Source: an uncultured Bacteroidota bacterium (GTDB taxonomy: Bacteria; Bacteroidota; Ignavibacteria; UBA10030; UBA6906). Taken from it: a stretch of 64,000 nucleotides of DNA. Location of the stretch: NCBI GenBank assembly GCA_963700635.1, contig CAVOYH010000004.1, positions 864,001 through 928,000 on the forward strand, read 5' to 3'. The translations under genes and the position numbers were made by a program. Within the stretch, counting starts at the first letter, position 1; each line of letters begins with the position of its first letter. Of the stretch, positions 29,797 through 38,225 are shown one piece after another. The notes beneath the pieces were generated by a model. The model saw nothing but the letters and a program-made list of their open reading frames with translations, was not told where the DNA came from and did not search any database.

Positions 29797-32286
29797 TCAG
29801 AACGTAAATGTCACGCCAACAACCGGAAAAAGCGGGAAGAGCCGGATTTCCCTCAGTCGCGCACGCCAGAGGAACCTTGAATCGGATCCCGGACTTTGCA
29901 ACTCCTGGACGATGGGGTCCAGAAGACCGTACCCGTTGATAAACTGGAGGGATGCGCGGCCCGCGACGCTTCCGATTGAGAACCGATGGATGATCTGCAA
30001 TTCCAGACGCTGGAATCCCGGGAACCTGCTTCCGTTTACGTCAAAATCCCCTATTGCAAGGCTTCCTCTTCCGCCCTGTACGTCAACCTCACCACCTACG
30101 TATGTGTTGGAGGCGGACACGTTACGTTCATCGGTTTCACCTGCAGGCAGGACAGCCAGCACACTCAGTATCCAGTCCGGGTGCGGCATATACGCAAGGG
30201 TGCCGTGGAATTCATGGCGGCGGTCGAATTGAGGCGCGTACGGTATCCCACCATTATGTTCGGCAAATGTCTGGTCGGTCCATGCCAGAGTATAGCTGAG
30301 AGAGCCGCTGAAAAGACCCGACCGTTTCCGGAGGGAGAGATCGACGCCATAGGACCTACCTGACCCCGTGATGATGTAGTCCGTGAGATCAAGATAACCC
30401 GCTTCAACCCCGGCCCATTGCACGTCGTGCAGGTTATGGATTGCGCGATAGAAGCCTTCGGCAAACAACGTTACGTCGGAGTTCTGGATATCCTGTTGTG
30501 CCCCGACCGAGAACCGGAGGGAGGTCGTGGGTGAAATGCCGGCCCCGGAAGGGTACCAGAAAACTGTTGGATAGTACTGGAATACGCCGCTATTCCGGTA
30601 CGGATGCAGGAACTGATTCACTGAGGTGATGGAGGCAAAGAGACGCGTCCTTTCGGATAGGTCAAACAGGACGGAGAATCTCGGATCCACGCCGGAGAAT
30701 GATCCTGAGGAGGATGTGAATGATGTCGCTCGAATTCCCAATTCAGCCTGAACGCCGTCCAGGATGGCCCACCGATCCTGGCCGTAGAGTGACAATTCCC
30801 ACACACCACGGTCCTGCAAAGAGTACGGTGCGAGTTGGGTGTCAAACCGACTCAGTCCCCCTGTGATGCCGTGCCGGACGATCTCGATTCCACCGCGTAC
30901 GGTGTGGAATTGATCGTAGAAATGCTCGGCATGCGCGCGCACGGCGAAGTCTTCTATGGCGTAGGTGGAGTTTAGCGAACTCGTTGCTCCTATCCCGGGG
31001 ATCTCCGGCGGTGCATGATTGACCGAGAATGTATAACGTGTGTAGATGGTGGAGGCATGCACGAATGTTGACGGGGACACAATGCTCAACCACCGGAGAT
31101 TCAGTGCCGTGTTCCCCCACACGAAGCTATTTGTCATCCGGAAACCGTTCCCTTCGGCGTCCGCGTTGTACCGGTCACTTCCGACGTACCCGCTGAATGA
31201 CAACCGAGAATGTCCCGAAATACGGTGGCTCACCTTCGTGATGAGTTCCAGTGATCCCAGCTTGCTTGGCACACCGTGGTCAGAGAGATTCGGCACAAAA
31301 CCAATCGAGTAGCCCCGGCGCCCGGAGAGGAGAAACGTTGTTGATGGGTCGAGCGGGCCTTCGAAAGAAAGTTGTGAGCCCAGGAACCCTGTCCCGACAC
31401 TGCCTGAAAACCGTTCGCGGGTTCCGTCGCGGAGCGATAAATCCAGGATGCCCCCAATTCGCCCGCCATAGGAAGGCGGAAGGCCGGATGTACTTATCTC
31501 AACGTCGTTGAGTGCCTCCGGGTGGAAGGAGCTGAGTACTCCGCCGTAGTGGGCCGGATTGTATATCCGGGCACCATCAAGAAGATACTCGTTCTGATCG
31601 GTTGGGGCGGATCGGATAAAAAGCCCGCGGGACAAGCCTGCAGTGGCCGAACTCGCCATGCGCTGTCCCTCGATCGTGACTTCCTCGAGCGAGATACTCT
31701 CCTGTCTGAGCGCGACATCCTGTGTCAGAGGTTCACTGGTGCCACTCTGAATGGGCAGCACGGCCGCGTGGTAGCCGACGGAACGAACTTCGATAACGTA
31801 CTCGCCGGGTGGTACACGCTGCAACGAAAAGAATCCGAATGAGTTGGTGGGGCACCAGCGCACAACCGATGACTCTCCGGCAGTGTCCTTCCGTCGCAAA
31901 ACCACACTGGCACCGGCCAGCGTGTTTCCCGTCACCGAATCGATCACGGTGCCCGCTATCACAGCCGTGGGGCGAGCGGTTAATGCAGGCCTCCGTCGCA
32001 CCAGGATCTGGGTTCCCGTTGCGTAGGCTTCCACTGCGGTCTGACCCAGAATCAGCTGGAGTGCCCTGTTCAGTGTGCACCCTTCGGAGGAAGCGGTTAC
32101 ACGGACCCCCGCCACGTCCCTGTCCATGTAAATGATGGGCACGGCAAACCAGCGGCTCAGGGAATCCAGAGCAGCAGCCAGGGGGTGCTCCGAAAGTGTG
32201 AAGGAGACTTCCCTTTCCTGAGCTCCCGACTGGAATGCCAGAGCCGGGAGCAACAGGCTAATAAAGAATAAATGTCTGGTCTTCAT
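29797..32286 (-). CDS. TonB-dependent receptor with STN and carboxypeptidase-regulatory-like domains
   Basis: Signal peptide; STN-like region (PLAAALDSL, TLNRALQLIL); plug motifs QNEYLLDGARIYNPAH and YGGRIGG; barrel DPRFS, GRSYG, DRRH; terminal F. Confidence 0.88.
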   Translation of the reverse strand: MKTRHLFFISLLLPALAFQSGAQEREVSFTLSEHPLAAALDSLSRWFAVPIIYMDRDVAGVRVTASSEGCTLNRALQLILGQTAVEAYATGTQILVRRRPALTARPTAVIAGTVIDSVTGNTLAGASVVLRRKDTAGESSVVRWCPTNSFGFFSLQRVPPGEYVIEVRSVGYHAAVLPIQSGTSEPLTQDVALRQESISLEEVTIEGQRMASSATAGLSRGLFIRSAPTDQNEYLLDGARIYNPAHYGGVLSSFHPEALNDVEISTSGLPPSYGGRIGGILDLSLRDGTRERFSGSVGTGFLGSQLSFEGPLDPSTTFLLSGRRGYSIGFVPNLSDHGVPSKLGSLELITKVSHRISGHSRLSFSGYVGSDRYNADAEGNGFRMTNSFVWGNTALNLRWLSIVSPSTFVHASTIYTRYTFSVNHAPPEIPGIGATSSLNSTYAIEDFAVRAHAEHFYDQFHTVRGGIEIVRHGITGGLSRFDTQLAPYSLQDRGVWELSLYGQDRWAILDGVQAELGIRATSFTSSSGSFSGVDPRFSVLFDLSERTRLFASITSVNQFLHPYRNSGVFQYYPTVFWYPSGAGISPTTSLRFSVGAQQDIQNSDVTLFAEGFYRAIHNLHDVQWAGVEAGYLDLTDYIITGSGRSYGVDLSLRKRSGLFSGSLSYTLAWTDQTFAEHNGGIPYAPQFDRRHEFHGTLAYMPHPDWILSVLAVLPAGETDERNVSASNTYVGGEVDVQGGRGSLAIGDFDVNGSRFPGFQRLELQIIHRFSIGSVAGRASLQFINGYGLLDPIVQELQSPGSDSRFLWRARLREIRLFPLFPVVGVTFTF

Positions 32287-33205
32287 GACGGATGCGCATG
32301 GAAGTAAGTTGTGCAAGGGTACGCACTGCCGACTCCGGTGTACGGCTGTCGAGGGTTCCGCTGATAGACTCTCCGGGAAGTGTGGGATGGTCGATACGGA
32401 CGTTCACGTCAAAACGGGCCTCGAGTTCCTGACACACTTCCAGCAGGGGCATGTTCTGGAAGATCAATTGTCCATGCAGCCACCCGGGATAATTTTCATA
32501 CCGAATGGGTTCTGACCTTACGGCGCTCTCTCCGGGTCCGGCGGAAAACATTGATCCAGCCAGCACGATAATTGTATGCGGTACTTTCACGCCTGGAATG
32601 CGTACTTCCACCCTTCCCGTCACGACAGCCACTTCGAGCCGACCATTCCGGTCGCGGACGTTAAACTCCGTGCCGAGGACTTCCACAGAACCTGATTCCG
32701 TGCGCACGGTGAACGCGGATGTCTTTTTGCGCACGCGAAAAAATGCCTCTCCGCTCAGATGAACAAGACGTGGTTCATCCGGCCCGGATCGTGGTACAGT
32801 CAGAGCGGAAGTGTGATTCAGGATGATGCCGCTACTGTCCGCCAGCATCACCTCGGACATCTGTCCCTTTCCGGTGGCGTAGATCTGGGGTTCCGCCGTC
32901 GGGGTCATCACCAGGAGCGCGAGCACCCCTGCGGCGGTGGCCAGAATGCCGGTCACGAGCACAGGCCGTAAGACCTTCTCGATGACGTTTGACCGTCGGC
33001 TTCCCGTTCTAACAGTTTTCGCCTGGAGCATGTTTCTGAGGTGCTGCCACTGGCGTGGCGTATCGGGGTCCTGCGTCAGGAGCCACTGCCGTTCCTTTTC
33101 GAGGATCGAAGACACGTCCTCTGCAAGGTCTTTTCCTCCGGACGCACCCATGTTGTCCGGAACCTGCCTTTTGCGTCTCAGGAGTCGTGAGAGTATGGTC
33201 ACCAT
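32258..33205 (-). CDS. FecR-family anti-sigma factor
   Basis: Single TM segment; LADSS.IILN, LSGEAFFRV, VEVLGTEFNV, GRVEV, C-terminal WLHGQLIF..PL.EV..LE..F.V. Confidence 0.92.
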   Translation of the reverse strand: MVTILSRLLRRKRQVPDNMGASGGKDLAEDVSSILEKERQWLLTQDPDTPRQWQHLRNMLQAKTVRTGSRRSNVIEKVLRPVLVTGILATAAGVLALLVMTPTAEPQIYATGKGQMSEVMLADSSGIILNHTSALTVPRSGPDEPRLVHLSGEAFFRVRKKTSAFTVRTESGSVEVLGTEFNVRDRNGRLEVAVVTGRVEVRIPGVKVPHTIIVLAGSMFSAGPGESAVRSEPIRYENYPGWLHGQLIFQNMPLLEVCQELEARFDVNVRIDHPTLPGESISGTLDSRTPESAVRTLAQLTSMRIRHEDQTFILY

Positions 33206-33322
33206 GGCTGTTCTGGCCTCCTGATCATTAAACGTATGACGCCCCCTTTCCCCCTATGCACAGAACAGTTGCAGGTGAATTTTTCCGGAGCTATTTTAGG
33301 TGCTCCACTTCGGGACGGCAGC

Positions 33323-33880
33323 GTGTCAGACAGAGCAGACGAAAAACATCTTCTTACGAGTGTGAAGGAATCAGGGCTTGATGCCTTCGGGGTCCTCTTT
33401 GAACGGTATCAACCGGTTCTGTTCCGGATTGTGCTGTACCAGGTGCGGGATGTTGATGAAGCCCATGATATAGTCCAGGAGACCTTCACGCGCGTTTGGG
33501 AACATCGGTCAAACCTGAACGTGAGGCTGAGTTTTTTTGCGTACCTCTCCCGGATCAGCACAAACTTGATCAGAGATAAACACAGGCACAACAAGACGCA
33601 CCTTCTGTCGAAGGAACAGATTCCACCTCCCATTCTACCTCCCGATGCGGACCCGCTGGAAGCTACTCAATATTCCATGTTGTCTGCTCAAATTTTGGGG
33701 ATCATACGGGAGCAGTTTCCGGATCGTTGCAGAATGGTATTTGAACTAAGCAGGTTCGAAGGGCTGAACGCACGGGAGATCGCCTCAAAGCTCAAGATAA
33801 GCGAGAAAACGGTGGAAAATCAGCTAACGAAGGGGCTGCGGATTCTCCGGCGCGGACTCCGATCCTTTACGGGCGGGTAA
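33323..33880 (+). CDS. ECF RNA polymerase sigma-70 factor
   Basis: AF..LFERY, DIVQETF..VW region 2; RMVFELSRFEGL..REIA..L.ISEKTVENQL region 4. Start is uncertain (33236 or 33323). Confidence 0.92.
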   Translation: MSDRADEKHLLTSVKESGLDAFGVLFERYQPVLFRIVLYQVRDVDEAHDIVQETFTRVWEHRSNLNVRLSFFAYLSRISTNLIRDKHRHNKTHLLSKEQIPPPILPPDADPLEATQYSMLSAQILGIIREQFPDRCRMVFELSRFEGLNAREIASKLKISEKTVENQLTKGLRILRRGLRSFTGG

Positions 33881-33881
33881 A

Positions 33882-35087
33882 CTAGTTCTGAACCCGGTCG
33901 CGCAACCCGGCAAGGAAATTCAGCGCAACGGGAGCATGGAGGTCAAGATTTTGAAGGATCTGCGGAGAAAACGAAGTGTGCATCCGTGAAATCGCTTCGA
34001 GAATGAGCACGCAGCAACTCTCGGTAATCATGGAATTGAATGACGTATCGCCGGCGCCACGCAGGAGCGGCCATGAAGATACTACATCATGGAGATAACG
34101 AATCAAACGCAAAGATTCAACCTCAAAAGACGAGGGATAACTGCAAGCGGAAAACAGGGTTCTGTGGTTCTGTCTAGAATCTTTCTCGGTATCCTGAAGG
34201 TCATCCACGAGTTGAAGCACACACCCGTACCCGAACGCCATTTCCAGCCACACGTTGTCCGGCACGGCACCGGCAAGAAACGCATCCACGAGCACTGATG
34301 TCCCTCCTTTTTCAAAGGAGATCGGGAGCACGCATTCCCATGGCATTTCCTCATGTTGAGCGAGAGAGCGGCTTTGGGCACTGTGTATGGCCTGCAGGCT
34401 CCTGTGGACAAGCGGAAAGTCCTTCCGGGGGTACTCACTCCCTATCATCCCGATCAAGGAAAAAATCTTGGATTCGCGATTGTTGAGCGGTTTTTGCCCG
34501 GCATCGCGCAGTTCAGCCCCAAGTCTTGAACCGAACTCTCTTTTTTTCGGGGAAGAGACTCGCCTGTCGTCAAGATAATTGTCCGTGTACGGATACAGGA
34601 GACTATACGCCAGGGCTGAGGGGGTCACTGAGATTTTGTGATCTGCAAGATACTGGAAGCTGTTGAACACCCACAGGTTCCTGAGTGCCTGCGCCATCTG
34701 TGCGGATGACAACTGCGGATCAAACCCGCGTGCCTGCCTTACAAATTCACTGGTGGTCTCAGCAAACTGTTCGGACGGGGTCGAAAACACCTCTGCATCC
34801 CCGGATTCGGTAAACAGGTTCAGGATTGCCAACCGGCGAAGTGTGGATCCGGCCACGTGCCCCGGAATATTAAAAAGATCCTTCAGTTCCTTCCTGCGGT
34901 GGGGGTCGTGCATTACCTTGAGGATGCGCGCCTCGTTGAACGTCTGACGCGAACGTGAGTACTCGCGCATGGTTGCCGGTAACACTGCAGGGGTATTATG
35001 CCAGGAGTGCACAAACCGGGCGGTCAGCGACGAGATCGTCTGCTCGAAGTCGTCCTCACGAGGGAGGTCGGCGGAATGCGGGGTCAT
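33882..35087 (-). CDS. Class I isoprenoid-synthase-like (terpenoid synthase fold) protein
   Basis: Two Asp-rich motifs YPYTDNYLDD and LQLVDDLQD, with KGG.S between them. Confidence 0.65.
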   Translation of the reverse strand: MTPHSADLPREDDFEQTISSLTARFVHSWHNTPAVLPATMREYSRSRQTFNEARILKVMHDPHRRKELKDLFNIPGHVAGSTLRRLAILNLFTESGDAEVFSTPSEQFAETTSEFVRQARGFDPQLSSAQMAQALRNLWVFNSFQYLADHKISVTPSALAYSLLYPYTDNYLDDRRVSSPKKREFGSRLGAELRDAGQKPLNNRESKIFSLIGMIGSEYPRKDFPLVHRSLQAIHSAQSRSLAQHEEMPWECVLPISFEKGGTSVLVDAFLAGAVPDNVWLEMAFGYGCVLQLVDDLQDTEKDSRQNHRTLFSACSYPSSFEVESLRLIRYLHDVVSSWPLLRGAGDTSFNSMITESCCVLILEAISRMHTSFSPQILQNLDLHAPVALNFLAGLRDRVQN

Positions 35088-35147
35088 GATTGTACACTGC
35101 GGAACGGTGTATGGTAGATGAATGCTCGACGAGGGCCGGACCCGCTC

Positions 35148-36482
35148 TTACGTCTTTGGAATTCCCCTTCTGGTAATCGTCTCCATAACCTCGCAGAACC
35201 GGTCGAGTTCGTGGAGCGACGTATAGACGTTTGGCGTAATACGGATACCCCTAAATTCCTCATGGTTGATGGCAACGGTGAAGATCTTGTGTTCGCTCAT
35301 GAGATAGCTGCTGATGGCTGCCGGGTCTGTGCCGGCGACGTCCACGAGGGCGATGCCGCAGGATTGATCGTCATCCAGCGAGGTGTGGAATCTCACATTC
35401 GGCAGGCTCTGCACCCGGCTCGCCCAGTAGTTGCGCAGATAGCGCAGACGCGCTTCCTTACGTTTTGCCCCGAGTCCACGGTGGAACAGGATTGCCTCTC
35501 CGATGGCAAGCCGCATCGCCGCCGAGTGTGTCCCGATTTCTTCGAATTTCCTGATGTTCGTGAACTGATCCTTTTCCGCGGCCATCAAGGGCCACAGACG
35601 CTCAATCTTTTCCCGTTTCACGAAGAACATTCCCGTCCCCTTGGGGGCGTAGAGCCACTTGTGGAGACTCGTGCCGAAATAGTCGCAGCGAAGATCGTTC
35701 CAGGTGAAATCAAGATGCGCAAAGGAGTGGGCTCCGTCCACGATGCACTCTATGTCTCTGCGACGGGCAAGCTCACAGATCGCCCGCACCGGAGTGATCT
35801 GCCCGGTGAGAAACACTACATGTGACAGGAGGATAACCCGGGTGCGCGAGGTGATGCCCTGCTCTATAGCGTCGTAGATCTGGTCCAGACTTTTGGGTGG
35901 TGCGGGATATTTCACCTGTTTCAGAATCACCCCTTCGCGCAGCTGGCGCTGGCGGATCGTTGTGATCATCCGCGGGTAGTCCTGGGTCGTAGTAAGGATT
36001 TCATCTCCTGCCTTGAGGTCCAGACCCAGCAGGCATGTCTCCAGCGCTTCGGAGGCATTCCGCACGATTGCCGTTTCCTCGGGATCACAACCGAAGAGAC
36101 CGGCCAATCCGGTCCTTACGTTTTCACTCTGGGGCTCAAGTATCTGCCACATGGTATAGGCAGGGACATCTTCCTGTTCCCATGTATAACGCACAAACGC
36201 TTCTGTCACGATGCGGGGTGAGGGCGACACCCCTCCGTTGTTCAGATTAATAATACTCCGCGTGCAGCTGAAAGCCTGTTGGATAGTGAACCAGAAATCC
36301 TCATTGGACGCGGCTTCGGCAGGTGAGAGATGGGCAACGCTCCGGGTAGCGGCCTGCAAATTGTCATACAGTCCGGCGACAGTGGCGGATGTAAGGGTTG
36401 CGAGTCCTACTCCCTTCCCCACCATCGACATGAATTGGCGGCGGTCAATGTCCGATTGAATGTTCATCAACGGGTTGTGCAT
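35148..36482 (-). CDS. Tat-exported class V aminotransferase (PLP; isopenicillin-N-epimerase-like)
   Basis: DRRQFM Tat motif; NNGGVSPSP, VDGAHS, TSLHKW (PLP lysine). Confidence 0.88.
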   Translation of the reverse strand: MHNPLMNIQSDIDRRQFMSMVGKGVGLATLTSATVAGLYDNLQAATRSVAHLSPAEAASNEDFWFTIQQAFSCTRSIINLNNGGVSPSPRIVTEAFVRYTWEQEDVPAYTMWQILEPQSENVRTGLAGLFGCDPEETAIVRNASEALETCLLGLDLKAGDEILTTTQDYPRMITTIRQRQLREGVILKQVKYPAPPKSLDQIYDAIEQGITSRTRVILLSHVVFLTGQITPVRAICELARRRDIECIVDGAHSFAHLDFTWNDLRCDYFGTSLHKWLYAPKGTGMFFVKREKIERLWPLMAAEKDQFTNIRKFEEIGTHSAAMRLAIGEAILFHRGLGAKRKEARLRYLRNYWASRVQSLPNVRFHTSLDDDQSCGIALVDVAGTDPAAISSYLMSEHKIFTVAINHEEFRGIRITPNVYTSLHELDRFCEVMETITRRGIPKT

Positions 36483-36632
36483 GGCGGGCTCCCGAACGTT
36501 GAGGGCAACCTACATGGTTTTCAGGTCGGAATCAAGTATGTGGGCCAGATCTTGTTTTTTGAAATATCTTTCTCTATCCTCATCCTGTATTATGACACAA
36601 TCACAAAGCACAAACATTGACGAAAGCTCCCC

Positions 36633-37220
36633 ATGGTTCCGCGCACGATGTTTCTAACCCTTTGTTCAATCCTGGTTCTTGTCCTGTCTGCGACTGCACA
36701 GCCCAAAAAGTACGACATCAAATCGGGTGTAATCACCTTTGATCAGGCGACCATCCTTTCTGGGATGACCATGCGGAGCAAAATCGTGGTTACCTTTGAT
36801 GAGTACGGCATGAAGGAGCGTAAGGAGACATACAACGAGGGTGTTCTTGATGAAGTCTTCTTCAGTGACGCGAAGGATCTCTACCTGCTGAAGCCGGCCT
36901 CCAAGGCCGCCTACAAACGGGGGTCTGCCTACCGGGGCACGGAATTAAAGTTCGACTGGGATGAAGTCTCCTCGCGGGACAAAAAGGAAGGAAAGGCCAA
37001 GCAGTTGCCATCCCGGACGGTCGCGGGAAAGAAGTGTGAGGCATTTCAACATCAGATGCGAAGTACCACAACGGTGTTCGCCGGCTGGAAAGGTATCACA
37101 CTGTACACAGAGGTGAAGTCTTCCGGGATGACCATCACGACAAAGGCGGTCACCGTTGAAGAAAACATCGCCGTGCCACCCTCGAAATTTCAGATTCCTT
37201 CCGGGTACAAGGTGGAATAG
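36633..37220 (+). CDS. Secreted hypothetical protein (DUF4412-like)
   Basis: Signal peptide …SATA-Q; TVAGKKC and C-terminal FQIPSGY pattern. Confidence 0.7.
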   Translation: MVPRTMFLTLCSILVLVLSATAQPKKYDIKSGVITFDQATILSGMTMRSKIVVTFDEYGMKERKETYNEGVLDEVFFSDAKDLYLLKPASKAAYKRGSAYRGTELKFDWDEVSSRDKKEGKAKQLPSRTVAGKKCEAFQHQMRSTTTVFAGWKGITLYTEVKSSGMTITTKAVTVEENIAVPPSKFQIPSGYKVE

Positions 37221-37272
37221 ACGCCGCCGGGCGGTCAGGGGATGTGTCGTTTGGATCTGTGCGTGGCGCACG

Positions 37273-37626
37273 TTATTGTTTTTCACCCGGTGTGTATCGT
37301 ATAATATGTGCCCGCTCCTCAGTCATCATCGCGCCGACCGCGGCGTGTGCGATCATCTCTCCCGCAACTGAGGCGAATGCATCGACCTTGTCCACAGTGT
37401 CGACAATTTCAATGACCACCGGGAGATCCTCTGACAACCGCAGAATTTTCGCCGTATGCATCCGGCTGCGGGCACCGAAACCCTCTATGCCCCGTAACAC
37501 CGTCGCGCCTGCCAAACCCATTTCCCGCGCTTTCAGGACAAGTTCCTGATGTAGTGGCTTGTGCTGAAATCGGTCCGCCTCTCCGATGAAGATACGAAGC
37601 AGTTTGCCCTCACCTTCAAGTCGCAT
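37273..37626 (-). CDS. DUF190 family (PII-like) protein
   Basis: LLRIFIGE, GLAGATVLRGIEGFG, LSEDLPVVIEIVD. Confidence 0.9.
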   Translation of the reverse strand: MRLEGEGKLLRIFIGEADRFQHKPLHQELVLKAREMGLAGATVLRGIEGFGARSRMHTAKILRLSEDLPVVIEIVDTVDKVDAFASVAGEMIAHAAVGAMMTEERAHIIRYTPGEKQ

Positions 37627-37644
37627 CAGGGAATCCCTTTCGCG

Positions 37645-38019
37645 TTAGAGCAATTTTCCGATTGCGGCGCCTGCCCATGCTGCACAAAGGCACCCGCAGA
37701 GTGAATACAGAATGTTTACGAAACCGAGCAGGAAACTTCCCTCGCGGAGCAGTGCGATTGTCTCAAAGCTGAACGTCGAAAACGTCGTAAATCCGCCAAG
37801 AATGCCGATACTCAGAAACGTCCGCAGGAGGGGCTGGACAACATATCGTTCCTCAAATATCGACATCACAAATCCGATCAGGAAGCAGCCAAGCACATTC
37901 ACCAGGAGCGTCCCATAGGGAAATGCCGGTCCAACTAAGCGATATACTCCGCCCGACAACCAGTAGCGGAACACACTTCCCGCACCGCCACCAAGGAAGA
38001 CCACAAAAGCTTCTTTCAT
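37645..38019 (-). CDS. crcB: Fluoride efflux channel FluC/CrcB
   Basis: GGGAGSVFRY, PYGTLLVN, GILGGFTTFSTF. Confidence 0.95.
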   Translation of the reverse strand: MKEAFVVFLGGGAGSVFRYWLSGGVYRLVGPAFPYGTLLVNVLGCFLIGFVMSIFEERYVVQPLLRTFLSIGILGGFTTFSTFSFETIALLREGSFLLGFVNILYSLCGCLCAAWAGAAIGKLL

Positions 38020-38140
38020 CGTTTGCCTTTCGAACAAATCAGGATAAGGATCCGCTGGTGTCGAGACCGTGATGAATAGAACAAGGTAGAATCCGGCGCC
38101 CTGAGAATCAAGGCTCTCGTCGGGCCGGGAAGTCCGTTCG

Positions 38141-38169
38141 TTGACAATGCCCCCCCTGTCCCATACATT
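38141..38169 (+). promoter_or_regulatory. sigma70-type promoter of the 38226 gene, overlapped by an inverted repeat
   Basis: TTGACA-17 nt-TACATT; inverted repeat TGACAATG / CATTGTCA at 38142-38149 and 38166-38173. Confidence 0.6.
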
Positions 38170-38225
38170 GTCAGTGAGGCCACAGGCTGACACACACTTC
38201 GTTTCATGAGATCAAAAGGTACCAG

